Origin: Nitrospirota bacterium
GTDB taxonomy: Bacteria; Nitrospirota; UBA9217
Direction: 5' to 3'
DNA: 64,000 nt
Assembly: GCA_963796285.1 (NCBI GenBank)
Contig: CAWCKW010000012.1
Coordinates: 1,696,001-1,760,000, forward strand
Shown: positions 21,682 through 31,665 of the stretch, piece after piece
Layout: each line of letters begins with the position of its first letter
Numbering within the stretch: the stretch's first letter is position 1
The notes under the pieces: model-generated
What the model was told of the DNA's origin: nothing
Seen by the model: the letters and a program-made list of their open reading frames with translations, nothing else
Database searches by the model: none
Translations under genes and position numbers: made by a program

Positions 21682-23888
21682 CGGGTGCCCTCCGCGGGTG
21701 CTGCTGCCTTTTCCACAGCAGGCGCGGATGATACCGTGGTCGTGGGCTCGCTCTTCACTGCCTCCGCAGCAGGTGTGGTTGACGTCGGTGAGCTTGTTAC
21801 CGCTCCTGCGGCGCCACCATCCGCGGACAGTGCCGCCGGCTCCACGTTTCCTCTATTGTCCGATGGTTTAAGCATCGAGTGCTGTCCGTCGCTTTTCTTC
21901 TCGATGTGATATTCCTTTCGGAATTCGTTGAGAATATTTTCCCTCTCTCTGGTCAGTTCCGCGGATTCCTCTGCGGTCTTGATAATGTGGGGAGTGATGA
22001 AGATCATGAGGTTGGTCTTTTCAATCTGGTTCGTCTTATACTTGAACAGCCATCCAAGGACCGGGATGTCGCCGAGGAGCGGCACCTTGATGGTCGAAGA
22101 CGTGACGTTATCACGGATCAGACCGCCGATCACCATGGTCTCACGGTCCTTCACCACGACCGTCGTGCTCGCAGAACGTTTGCTGGTTGTGGGGCCTGCT
22201 TCGTTCGCGGCGGAGGTCGCGATCACATCAGAGATCTCCTGATTAACTTCAAGCCGCACGTTGTCGTCTGAGGTGATCTGCGGCGTCAGCGACAGCTTGA
22301 TGCCTACGTCCTTGCGCTCGTACGTGTTTAATAACGCCGCTCCGCCTGTTGTCGCGTTTTGCGTCTGGGCGACTTTAAAAGGGACGTTTTGACCGACCAT
22401 GATCTCGGCCTTCTGGTTGTCCGTGGTGAGAATATTGGGCGTGGACAATACGTTCACATCCGCATCGTTCTGGACAGCGTGAAGGAGGGCGCCAATGTTG
22501 AGATACTCGATGCCCTTGAACGTGAACGTGCCTTTGACTGCGGCAACCGCAAGGCCACTCGTCGTTGCAAGGGCAGCCGGCCCATTCACCATCGCGTTGC
22601 CTATTGTTCCGAAATTCGTGCCGCCAATGGCCATCGTGGCGGTGTTGCCTTCGAGCTGGTCGAGATTCGCCGCCTGGAACTCAAAACCAAGCTCGCGCTG
22701 CTTTGTGAGGCTCATTTCAATGATGGCGGTCTCCACATAGACCTGACGGCGCCTGACGTCCAGCTTCTGGATCACGTCCTTCACGAGCTCAAAATCAGTT
22801 GGCGAGCCAACGATGATCAGTGAATTCGTGGATTTGTCCGCCGAGACATTGACGGGACCTTCCAGGATCGTGTTGGTACTGGCCTGGCCCACGCTCACAC
22901 CCTGAGGAGGCGCCGGCAGCCGCGCGACGAGCGCTGTCAACAGCTTGGCGATGTCCTCGGCATTGGCGTTTTTGAGGTTGTAAACATTGATCTTCCCTCT
23001 TCCTTCCGGCGCCGGAACGTCCATGGCGTGGATCAGGACCTCGATCTTTTTAATATTGTATACGGAATCGGTGATGATGATGGAATTCGTGTTGGGATAG
23101 GCGATCAGCAGGCCGTCCTTGGTGACGAGCGGGGTAATGGCGCGCACCATATCCTGGGGATTGACATATTTCATCCTGATGAGCTTGGTCACAAATCCTT
23201 CACCCCGGCCATCTCCGTCCTGGATCACCTTTAACCCGCTCTGCCGGGCCGAGGCCGCCGGTATGATGCGGGTGACCGTTCCGTCTTCCACTGCCGTGAA
23301 ACCTTTGATCTCGAGCGCCGACAGGAACACCTGGTACGCCTCGTCCGGCGACATCTTTGTCGGTGTCATGATCGTGATCTTGCCGGTCACCCGCTCATCG
23401 AGGATAAAGTTCCTGCGGGTGAGCTCGCTCATCACCTTGATGAGGGCGCTGATTTCGATGTTCGTAAAGTTCAGGGTAACGTAATCGTCGCTTGATTTTA
23501 TCTTTCTGATCTCTGCCTGATTGGCGGAAGTGGCGGATACAGCAGAGATGGGCACAGCCCGTGCCGGTTCGGCCCTCCGAGGCAGCGCAGGTGCGGGTTC
23601 GACCCTGGCCGGGAGCGTCGGTGCAGGTTCGGCCCCCCGATGCAGTGTCGGTGCGGGTTCGGCCGTCGGAGTCAGCGTTGATGCAGATTCGGCCGTAGGA
23701 GTAATCAGCGTCGATGCAGGTTCGACCGTAGGAGTAACCAGCGTCGATGCAGATTCGGCCGTAGCAGGCAAGGTCGGAGCGGGTTCAACCGCAGCAGGTG
23801 CGACTGGTTCGTTCGTACCGTTCGTCGCGTATACTACGGATGCACTCACAAGCCCTATCACAAGCAGCAGGGCCGCAATTTTTTTCAC
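21678..23888 (-). CDS. gspD: Type II secretion secretin GspD (GTG start at 23888)
   Basis: N0 domain (LNFTNIEI), LDVRRRQVYVE, KVPLLGDIP, LMIFITP; GGAGG RBS upstream of the GTG. Confidence 0.95.
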   Translation of the reverse strand: MKKIAALLLVIGLVSASVVYATNGTNEPVAPAAVEPAPTLPATAESASTLVTPTVEPASTLITPTAESASTLTPTAEPAPTLHRGAEPAPTLPARVEPAPALPRRAEPARAVPISAVSATSANQAEIRKIKSSDDYVTLNFTNIEISALIKVMSELTRRNFILDERVTGKITIMTPTKMSPDEAYQVFLSALEIKGFTAVEDGTVTRIIPAASARQSGLKVIQDGDGRGEGFVTKLIRMKYVNPQDMVRAITPLVTKDGLLIAYPNTNSIIITDSVYNIKKIEVLIHAMDVPAPEGRGKINVYNLKNANAEDIAKLLTALVARLPAPPQGVSVGQASTNTILEGPVNVSADKSTNSLIIVGSPTDFELVKDVIQKLDVRRRQVYVETAIIEMSLTKQRELGFEFQAANLDQLEGNTATMAIGGTNFGTIGNAMVNGPAALATTSGLAVAAVKGTFTFKGIEYLNIGALLHAVQNDADVNVLSTPNILTTDNQKAEIMVGQNVPFKVAQTQNATTGGAALLNTYERKDVGIKLSLTPQITSDDNVRLEVNQEISDVIATSAANEAGPTTSKRSASTTVVVKDRETMVIGGLIRDNVTSSTIKVPLLGDIPVLGWLFKYKTNQIEKTNLMIFITPHIIKTAEESAELTRERENILNEFRKEYHIEKKSDGQHSMLKPSDNRGNVEPAALSADGGAAGAVTSSPTSTTPAAEAVKSEPTTTVSSAPAVEKAAAPAEGTR
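23555..23800 (-). repeat. Degenerate 30-33 bp tandem repeat in the gspD 5' region (AEPAPTLP-like, ~8 units)
   Basis: VEPAPTLPAT/AESASTLVTPT/VEPASTLITPT/AESASTLTPT/AEPAPTLHRG/AEPAPTLPAR/VEPAPALPRR/AEPAR. Confidence 0.8.
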
Positions 23889-24013
23889 TCTTGTTGTCCT
23901 CCGTGTAAAATAGCAATGACGCGGAGACTCGGGGATGCGGGGAAAATTGTTGCCATTATCCTTTTCTCTCCCCATCTCCGCATCACCCCGTCACCGCGTC
24001 TGTTCTTTATCTC

Positions 24014-24835
24014 TTATCGTATTTCGTAGTTCAACGTCTGAGGCGCACCGTTCCGGATCAGGTCGATGGATATATTCCGCTCCGTCCTCAGACCTTGATA
24101 GAGCTGGAAGAACTTGGCAGGGTCGTCCACTGCCTGAGAATTGACCTTCTGGATCACATCGCCGTTCTTGAGGCCGATCTTCTCATAGATACTGTTGGGG
24201 GTGATCTCGCTGATGCGGAACCCCACGGTCTTCCCCTGCTCCATGTAGGGCAGCGCCCGCGCTTGCGTCAGGATCTGGCTCATGTTCTCGGTGCTTGCGA
24301 CCATTTCCCGCTGGTCCACCATGTACTTGCTATCGGAGACCTTCTTCACGCCGTTGCTGCTGGGAGTTTGTGTGTTCACGATCTTGGCGTCGTCTTCAAG
24401 CACGATGTCGACCATCGATCCCTCGGCCCTCTGGAGCGTGACCTTGTCGCGCTTCACCTTGACGAGTTGAGAGCCGTCCGGCAGCTTCTGGTGCATCCGG
24501 TAGAATGCCTGACCCGTGCTGTCCTCGAGCACGGCGCCTGAAAAACTCTCGCCCTCGATCGTACCGATGAGCTTATAGTTCGCGGCCTCGACCGCGGGTC
24601 CACCCGACGGGCCTTTGCCTTCGCCGAAGAGCCCGCGCTCCAGGATGGAGGTATAATCGCTCAACTCCCGGCGAGGCTGCAAGACCGGCCGGTCGCGCTC
24701 CAGGGGCGTCGTAAACTTGGGTGCAGCTTCGAGGCTCCTTCCGATCATGGCATCAACGGTATCGGCGAGGAAATAGGCTGATACAGTAAGGAGCGCGATT
24801 AAAACGAGGGTGTATAGTGTTTTGTTTTCTTTCAT
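24014..24835 (-). CDS. gspC: Type II secretion protein GspC with PDZ domain
   Basis: N-terminal TM, LIGTI HR domain, PDZ GLKNGDVIQKVN. Confidence 0.9.
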   Translation of the reverse strand: MKENKTLYTLVLIALLTVSAYFLADTVDAMIGRSLEAAPKFTTPLERDRPVLQPRRELSDYTSILERGLFGEGKGPSGGPAVEAANYKLIGTIEGESFSGAVLEDSTGQAFYRMHQKLPDGSQLVKVKRDKVTLQRAEGSMVDIVLEDDAKIVNTQTPSSNGVKKVSDSKYMVDQREMVASTENMSQILTQARALPYMEQGKTVGFRISEITPNSIYEKIGLKNGDVIQKVNSQAVDDPAKFFQLYQGLRTERNISIDLIRNGAPQTLNYEIR

Positions 24836-24873
24836 AAATTACTCACTTCACTTCTGTGTTTTTAAACTCTGGA

Positions 24874-24903
24874 ATTATACTCTCAAACCATGCTCTTTGT
24901 CAA
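24874..24903 (-). promoter_or_regulatory. sigma-70 promoter of the gsp operon
   Basis: Minus strand TTGACA-N18-TATAAT with perfect hexamers, ~40 nt upstream of gspC. Confidence 0.75.
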
Positions 24904-25005
24904 ATACTAACAACTTGAGAGTTAACGGTTATTCAGCGGATTGTGTCTGCATCGGCTGAAATGAATTTTCAACTGGATAAGAAGCCTGGTGCTCGATCAA
25001 CCTAT

Positions 25006-26938
25006 TTACGGGTCCTTAAACAACTCCCCGAACATCCGCTTCATTGCGCCTGGTTCATGCACGGCCGCGGCCTTTGCCTCTTTCCACCTGCGTCTCAGCT
25101 TCTTTACATTTTCTCCCTTCGCTTCTTTCGCAATGAGCTTCTTATCGATGGCATCAAGCCGCGCCAGAGCATCGCGAGTGCCTTTGACCAGGGCCCGGTA
25201 CTTGGCAGGATCGGATTTCGGGATCGAAAAATCGCCGCTTGTTTTCCAGATTTCTCCCAGATGCAACCAGGCGGCAAAGTTCTCGGTCTTGCCTTCGGGC
25301 ATGAGCACGATTTTCGAGTTTGCTTTAATATCTTGCACGCGAAGGCCATTGCTGTCGGCAACGACCTTCTGGCTTCCCGTGAACGGCTCCGCGCCTTGCG
25401 AATCGAAATAGCGCCATTTCACCTTCGAGATCTGGACCGTTGAATCGTGGCAGCTGCCGCAGGTGCGCGACTTCCCGAGCGGATGCGCGACCTCTTCGAT
25501 CTGGAGCCAGGCAAGATAGTTGTTATTTCCGCCCGGGAAGCTGAACGTCCCGAGCTGGACATAGGCATCCCTCGTCTCGCCCTTGGGCCAGCGGAAGGTG
25601 AGACCCGGCTTCGGCGCGATGGTTTCCTTGATGCCTCCGGCGCTGTTCGGCCAGATCTTCGTCGGCATCCACATGCCGTGCTGGTCCTTGAGCAATATCG
25701 GCGGTTCCTGCGGACCGTAATACAAGGAATACTTCTTGAACGGGTTTGGTTTTGATGAGATCATGCCCGGGCCCCAGGACGTCATCTCGTAGCCGCCAAG
25801 GACCTTCACGTGGCAGGCCGCGCAGGCAAGGTTCTTGTGCACGCTCGTTGCCATTGCCTGCTCCACTTCGATGTGGCAGTCCTGGCACGTTGCCTTGCGC
25901 TCGATATGCCCCATGCCTCCCGGACCGGTCTCGTGGCAGTCAACACACACCAGTTTCTTCGCCACGTGCACGTCCTCGGGCAGGCCCTCGGGCTCGGAGT
26001 AATCCTTGCCGAGATAGCTGTCCCCTCTTCTCCGCTCCATGGTCCCGGCGTGGCAGACAAAGGAGCTCCTGCCGCCTCCGGTGCAATTGGCAGCAGGCGG
26101 TACGCGGCCCATGGCATGCACCCCGCGCTCGCGCGTGGGCGCGTAATGGCAGTCCAGGCAGCCGGCATGACAGAGATTGCACGCCTTCTGCTTCGCGATC
26201 GCCTGATCGCGGCTCAGCGGTTCGTTGATCTGTTCCATGATCTTCTGGGTATTTTCGAAGGAGAACTTGTTGCCTTCCGCCCTGCCGACCGGCTGGGTGT
26301 CCGCGAAAGACGGCCCTCAATTATTAGGGCCGTGAATATCGTTCCAGACGCGCATCGAGCGCTGACGGAAATTCGCGCCCATGATGCTCGTGTCGAACTG
26401 TTTCACCTGGTCAGGATGGCAGGCAGACTTTCCGCAGGTCTTTGCCGCAATGGAAGGATCATAGCCAAGAGTGACCGGGTTGCGGTCATGCCACATGAGC
26501 GTGCCGACCTCGTAGTCCAGCTCACCGTTACTCAGGCGGGGAAGCATGTCGCGCAGGCGGTCGTCCCCTGACGGCAAAAGCTGTTTCACATGACCTTTGC
26601 GCGGCATGATGTTCAGATCGTTATCCAGGACGATAAGCTTCAGCATGCCCCTGTGCGCCGTGGCGGGATTGTCGGACAGGCCGTTGCCCAAGGTGGCAAT
26701 CGCGGCACTCGGTGTTCGGATGGCGCGACTCCTTCTGCACCTGCTCGCGGGTCATCACGAACTCGGGATACCCGAGAGCGGCCATCCTGTCTTTATTCGA
26801 ATGGCATTGGACGCACTTGTCGCTTGACTGGTAACCGGAGTAGAAATAGATGAAGAGCAGAACAAGGGCGAGCTGGATGAAAAGGATGCTCATCCCGCGT
26901 TTGCTGCCGAAGAATTTCCAGAGTTTGCCGATGGCCAT
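25006..26938 (-). CDS. Membrane-anchored multiheme cytochrome c, putative selenoprotein (~643 aa; UGA at 26317-26319; one indel near 26690)
   Basis: Three ORF pieces join into one protein with 8 CXXCH plus CX4CH and CX9CH; reading through TGA gives HGPNN-U-GPSFADTQP in frame with ORF 25006..26238. Confidence 0.85.
26272..26311 (-). promoter_or_regulatory. Putative bacterial SECIS hairpin
   Basis: GUCUUUCG/CGGAAGGC lower stem, CCC-A-GCC/GGC-A-GGG upper stem, GGUC loop starting 26 nt after UGA. Confidence 0.7.
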
Positions 26939-27003
26939 GATGAATAAGATACCATAGGCAGGAGGTCATGACAATGCTAAAAAAGAAGTGAGGAAGTGGA
27001 AGC

Positions 27004-27062
27004 GTGGAACGCGCGCCTGACGCGCCGCTTCTGGCGCGTCGCTGTCTAGGCGCTGGTTGAAA
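27004..27062 (-). repeat. attC site (terminal, 59 bp)
   Basis: TTTCAAC-CAGCGCCTAGAC...GTCAGGCGCGC-GTTCCAC imperfect palindrome downstream of the methyltransferase. Confidence 0.7.
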
Positions 27063-27134
27063 TCGTATCTGCTTCGATTTTGCATACAAGGTATTTTGGG
27101 GTCGAGACTTGATAAAGCAGTTTGAAAATTAATT

Positions 27135-27797
27135 TTACACTTGTGCCCTAAATAGTGCCATACAACCAATAATGTCTATACTTACATTTTGGAAGCGTTT
27201 TGATAATTCTTCCATCAGTTCGTCATACCCATCTTCGATATTTGAAAATGTTTTGTCCTTATTCGCCATATGAATTACAAATTTTGCTGCTAAATTCTTT
27301 TTTACGTTTTTATTTAATATAGTGCACCCAAAGACAACGCCTCCAGGATTCATTACCTGCTTTGCATTATCAAAGACAACTCCTTTGTCCTTCAATGTTC
27401 CGGGAATACAATGGAGCAATCCATTTAAGGCTACTGAATCAAATCGTCGAGGGCCTGTATCAAAGGGTTCGAATACGTCTCTGCAATATACCTCGGGAGA
27501 ATATCGTTCAACGCGTTTCCCTGTGACTTCGAGACAATTTTGATTAAGATCCAACAATGCAAGTCGCGGCGTTTTTGTTGGGAACTCACAATTATCGAGC
27601 ATATAGCCGGTTCCTACTCCCGCATCAAGATGATTTGCAGAGATATTCCGGTTATAGTTTTCCAGTATAAAATGGGAAGGACATTTCCAGATAAAACGAC
27701 AGTTTATTCCGAGAATCAGGAAATCGTAGAATGATAAAAAAAACTTACTATATATGGCTTGTCCGGCTTTAATTGCTTCTTTGGTAACATTTGCCAT
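27135..27797 (-). CDS. Class I SAM-dependent methyltransferase (cassette gene)
   Basis: HLDAGVGTG motif I, LLDLN, LLHCIPG; AAGGAG RBS directly after attC. Confidence 0.85.
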   Translation of the reverse strand: MANVTKEAIKAGQAIYSKFFLSFYDFLILGINCRFIWKCPSHFILENYNRNISANHLDAGVGTGYMLDNCEFPTKTPRLALLDLNQNCLEVTGKRVERYSPEVYCRDVFEPFDTGPRRFDSVALNGLLHCIPGTLKDKGVVFDNAKQVMNPGGVVFGCTILNKNVKKNLAAKFVIHMANKDKTFSNIEDGYDELMEELSKRFQNVSIDIIGCMALFRAQV

Positions 27798-27808
27798 GGT
27801 TGTCTCCT

Positions 27809-27867
27809 TTCTAACGTTACGGCTCAGCGGAGGGCGTAGCCACGTCCGCTGGAGCCGAGGGTTCGGC
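27809..27867 (-). repeat. attC site (59 bp)
   Basis: GCCGAAC-CCTCGGCTCCAGCGGA...TCCGCTGAGCCGTAAC-GTTAGAA. Confidence 0.85.
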
Positions 27868-28619
27868 TTGGTCGTTCACGCACAGACGCTCTAGAAACCT
27901 TTTTGTCTTTGCATAAGTCCGACACACATTTACGCGGTACTCCTCAACCAGATCACCGAACACGGCATCTTCCTCCGGAAACTGCTCTAGACCAATGGTC
28001 CGAGGGGAAATGTATGAGATTGATCCCCTGTAGTAGGAGCACCTCATGAGGTCAATGAACAAATCACGGGCAAAACCGTGTTTCCTAGCTTTTTGATCCG
28101 CGAAGGCAAGAAAGGTGGTGCCTTTGTTGACCTTGTAGAAGTATTCTTTCTCCTTTGTGTCTGCCGTGGTCAGTACCTTTGTGAACCGTTTGTAGAAACA
28201 ATCCAATCGACCACTTTCGCCCTGCGAGTTATCGTAAACCACTACGAACAGGTAGACCGGCATTCCGAGGCCTCTCCAATACTCCAAGGTCCTCTCGTCA
28301 ATTTGCAGGTGTGGGTTCCCAATCACGTACCTGTGAAGCTCATTAAAACCTCTATGAGGGCCGATGTCTTCAAGCGTCACGTTCTGCTTTGAAAGCGTCT
28401 TGACCTGTACAGCATAGAGGAGTCCGTCGGTTTATCCCCATAAACCCACTCGCAGATGTAATCAATTCCAATGTCTTTCAGTCCGACTATGTGGTGGGGC
28501 AGAGAGTAGTCGGACACGAGTGCCTCGAAGAACGATTCACCCTTTATGCCCGCCTTGGCCTGGGCTGTATACTTCTTATATCCCGAGTCAGTCATGATCA
28601 ACCTACAATCTGTGTGCAA
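27817..28619 (-). CDS. DUF4365-like (PD-(D/E)XK nuclease fold) cassette protein; frameshifted near 28420
   Basis: KDIGIDYICEW...YAVQVKT, TLEYW...PVYLFVV across ORFs 28377..28619 and 27817..28380. Confidence 0.65.
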
Positions 28620-28624
28620 TCAAT

Positions 28625-28680
28625 GCCGAACGACGAGCTCACACGCCGCGAAGCGGTCGGCGTGGAACGACAGGTTAGCG
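28625..28680 (-). repeat. attC site (56 bp)
   Basis: CGCTAAC (overlaps the upstream TAA)-CTGTCGTTCCACGCCGAC...GCGTGTGAGCTCGTC-GTTCGGC. Confidence 0.85.
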
Positions 28681-29193
28681 TTTGCTTTGGTGTTCTTTGG
28701 AGTATTGCCAAAGCGCCATATCTAACTCACGCACGGATTTGCCGAGGTCTTTCGCAACAGTTCTGCAAACTCGGACATAATCTTCCCAGAATCCGAATGT
28801 ATACTGAGAAGGTTTATCTATTGAAAGGCTCCACAAGGCCCTAACATCGAGGATGGGATAGAGACTGATTGACACAGAAATGAAGAATTACCGATGCAGT
28901 CGGGAAAATGTACACCTTCAAGAAGCGTTAGGGAGCCAATTTTTGACAGCTCACATTTCGCAGAAAAGGCAAAAGCGGTTAGTTCCTTAACAAGGGCGTG
29001 TGGATTTGACTTTGCAAGCTCAGCCCGTCGTTTAGATTTCCAGAAGCAAATCTCATATAGTTGCGTAACGGTAAGATAGCCTTGAGCTGGGCCGATCTGA
29101 TGGTATTTTTCAAGTTGTATCTCGGCCTCATAATTGTAATGGCCTTGGTACTCTTGAATCTTCTTTACTGGAATTCGCAGTTTCGTATTTCAT
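28675..29193 (-). CDS. Hypothetical cassette protein with helix-hairpin-helix-like segment; frameshifted
   Basis: Pieces ICFWKSKR, LEGVHFPTASVILHF, YPILDVRALWSL, RELDMALW. Confidence 0.55.
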
Positions 29194-29270
29194 GCAGTTC
29201 CTTAAATTACAGCTCTTGCTATACGATGAAATCAACTTTTAGTAAAACCAGCCGTGATTGTTTCCATTAA

Positions 29271-29795
29271 TTACGATCCAACTTGCCTGATCCAATCACG
29301 AATTGATGAACCAATACGTTCTATATCTGCGTTGCCTAGTTCGCCGCTGTGCATGATGACATTACGGGAACGCTCAAGCGTATTTCATGATTTGTCGAAC
29401 CCAATCAAGTGATTGAAGGTGGTCCTCAAAGAGCGACCAATTCTGATTTATTATTGAAGCTAAGTCCCGAAACTCAGTATAATTGATGAGTGAGTCTCCC
29501 CGTTGAGCATGCCACCTAATCTTATTTTCCTCTTCACGACGAGATTCGGCCTTTGCCCTAATCTTCTCGGATACCGCAGTGTCCCACCAGGTTTCACCGA
29601 CTTCTTCCAGCTTTTTTTTATTATAAATGCGCGAACCGAATTCTCAAAAGCGGCTATTGCAGTGTAAACCGTTGCCATTTTTCGTGCACATGTGACCAGC
29701 TCATCATCAAGTAATTTGATCGATAATCGTTCAGCAGTAGATGCGTCAAGAATAGATGAGCTATGAAGCTTACTTTTTCGTCCAATACAACCCAT
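29271..29795 (-). pseudogene. 5'-truncated Swt1-like HEPN-domain gene fragment
   Basis: MATVYTAIAAFENSVR ... LERSRNVIMHSG (RX4H HEPN motif) over several frames; no intact 5' end, cut at the 81-bp inverted-repeat element. Confidence 0.55.
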
Positions 29796-29796
29796 C

Positions 29797-29877
29797 AGGG
29801 TCAGGTCTAGATTTCATGTCATCTCAATAATAAGAAGATGCTAAAAAGTCAAATGGCAATTAAGTAGACCTGACCCT
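29797..29877. mobile_element. 81-bp MITE-like element with perfect 13-bp terminal inverted repeats
   Basis: AGGGTCAGGTCTA (29797-29809) and TAGACCTGACCCT (29865-29877) around an AT-rich core. Confidence 0.6.
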
Positions 29878-29888
29878 AAATGCTTCCC

Positions 29889-30617
29889 CTAACCACTGTC
29901 TTTATTAATAGTCTTAAACCAATCTTGGTGTTTTGGCAGTACATCAATAAATTTAATCCGCGATGGATCTTGTTTAAAGTTCTTTTTAAGATCAATCAAT
30001 AAATTGAACCTTATGAACTGAGCTGTAGACAATAAAATTCTTATGCTGTCTTTTACAGCGGTACTTTTTTCCGATAACTCGTGTACTTTCATTTCGTCCC
30101 CGACTGTTCTTATAGGATGCGACTCTAGTCGGAGCTTCTCGTTAAGTTGAAAAAGTTTATTTTGATAGTCGCATGCCAATTTAAGATGAGAATAATAAAA
30201 AATTAGACGCTGGACCAAGTCAGCACTCAATACCCTCGTAATATCGGAAAGATTACTGCGATAAAAAATATCATTATAGCCATCAACTGCAAAATTTGGA
30301 TGATTATCATTGTCGTAACCAAGGTCGATAATTTTGTGATTATCAATTTCAAAATACAAGCACCGTTGCAGGTTCTTCTTAAGAAGTCTGCGACCAAAAT
30401 ACCATTCTCCCAATTTTATTAATACAGTGATAATTCCGGCTGAAATAGCACCATAAACGACAGCAGTCAGTTTAGAGGAAGGGTCATCGGAAGTGTTATT
30501 ATTTTGGATAGGAGAAGAGATTGTTCTCTGCGCATGTGCGGGCGTCAACTCACTTGTGCCTGCATAGCTGATGCTCAGTGATCCTAATAATAGAATTAAA
30601 AATATGCTTTTTCTCAT
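29889..30617 (-). CDS. Hypothetical membrane protein (cassette gene)
   Basis: MRKSIFLILLLG signal-like start, second TM segment, low GC. Confidence 0.65.
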   Translation of the reverse strand: MRKSIFLILLLGSLSISYAGTSELTPAHAQRTISSPIQNNNTSDDPSSKLTAVVYGAISAGIITVLIKLGEWYFGRRLLKKNLQRCLYFEIDNHKIIDLGYDNDNHPNFAVDGYNDIFYRSNLSDITRVLSADLVQRLIFYYSHLKLACDYQNKLFQLNEKLRLESHPIRTVGDEMKVHELSEKSTAVKDSIRILLSTAQFIRFNLLIDLKKNFKQDPSRIKFIDVLPKHQDWFKTINKDSG

Positions 30618-30686
30618 TTTGCAAACCCTACTAGTTGTGAAGCGGCCGTAGTATAGGTGATTGTGTTCAAGCCGATTATTCTCCAG

Positions 30687-30748
30687 GTTCAACGTAGCGA
30701 TCACCGGTCTCGCCAGAGCGCGGGTACTCGTGGATTGCACGGTTATAC
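30687..30748 (-). repeat. attC site (62 bp)
   Basis: GTATAAC (contains TAA)-CGTGCAATCCACGAG...CCGGTGATCGCTAC-GTTGAAC. Confidence 0.8.
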
Positions 30749-31639
30749 GCTGATCACATTACGCGCCTTATTTTGGCGACATTCTCGCCGATCTTCATAA
30801 ATGGCCGCTTTTAGAACCTGAAGACAAATTTTTGCGGTATGCTCCCTGGGGCTAAAGCCGGAAGTCATTTGCTGGAACGGATGGATATAGTTCCTGAAGT
30901 CTCGTAGTGAGTGGCTAAACTTATGGGTGTCATATTGAATAAGCCCGATATCTCGCGCCACATCAATAAATGCGCTCAACGACCAATCATAGAACGGCTT
31001 CACTTTTCCAGCTAGATTCCTTTGGAGACGATTTTGAGGAATCAAATTGTTTTGGGTATTTTGACTGCCAAACCCAGAAGAAGCCCCTCAAGGGTGCTAC
31101 CAGCGAGCAAAATAACTGATAAATAGGCACTAGCCGGGAAGCAACGTTCGATTTCTCTAATTCTTTCCTGAAGGATGTCAGAAACGGCTCCTTCTAGACC
31201 GAGCCTTTGCGACCGAAACATCTGCGAACTCTCTCTTCAAAGAATTCATCTTCGCTATCTGACGCCTCTGGTGTTTCGTCAATCTCGATCTTCTGTAACT
31301 TAGTAAAGCCAATTTCTGCACCACTTCGGTTACCTTCCATTTGTCAAACGCATATGTATTTATTAAACTCGGCAATGTGTCTTATCCAACTCGCTGATTC
31401 GCCCAATAAAGTTAGCAGGAGACAGAACAGCCCGTATGCATTTGTCGAGCTCCGGAGTACGATTGATAGCCTTTAGCTTTTCGTCGGTATACATCCATCG
31501 GGATGGAAAACCTTGCCCATATGAATCATTGAAACCCGAGCGCATTAAAGAACTGCACAAGCTGCGGTCCTTACCGATACTCTGTCTCCTCATTAATCAG
31601 GATCCTGAGCTTCTCAAGTGATTTTGGTGTTAGGATCAT
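30743..31639 (-). CDS. Conserved hypothetical cassette protein with C-terminal HEPN-like RNYIH motif; several frameshifts
   Basis: MILTPKSLEKLRILINEETEYR..GFPSRWMYT..LAGSTLEG..LRDFRNYIHP in consecutive ORF pieces. Confidence 0.6.
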
Positions 31640-31665
31640 CGATCTATCCTTGCGTTTCATGAAGC

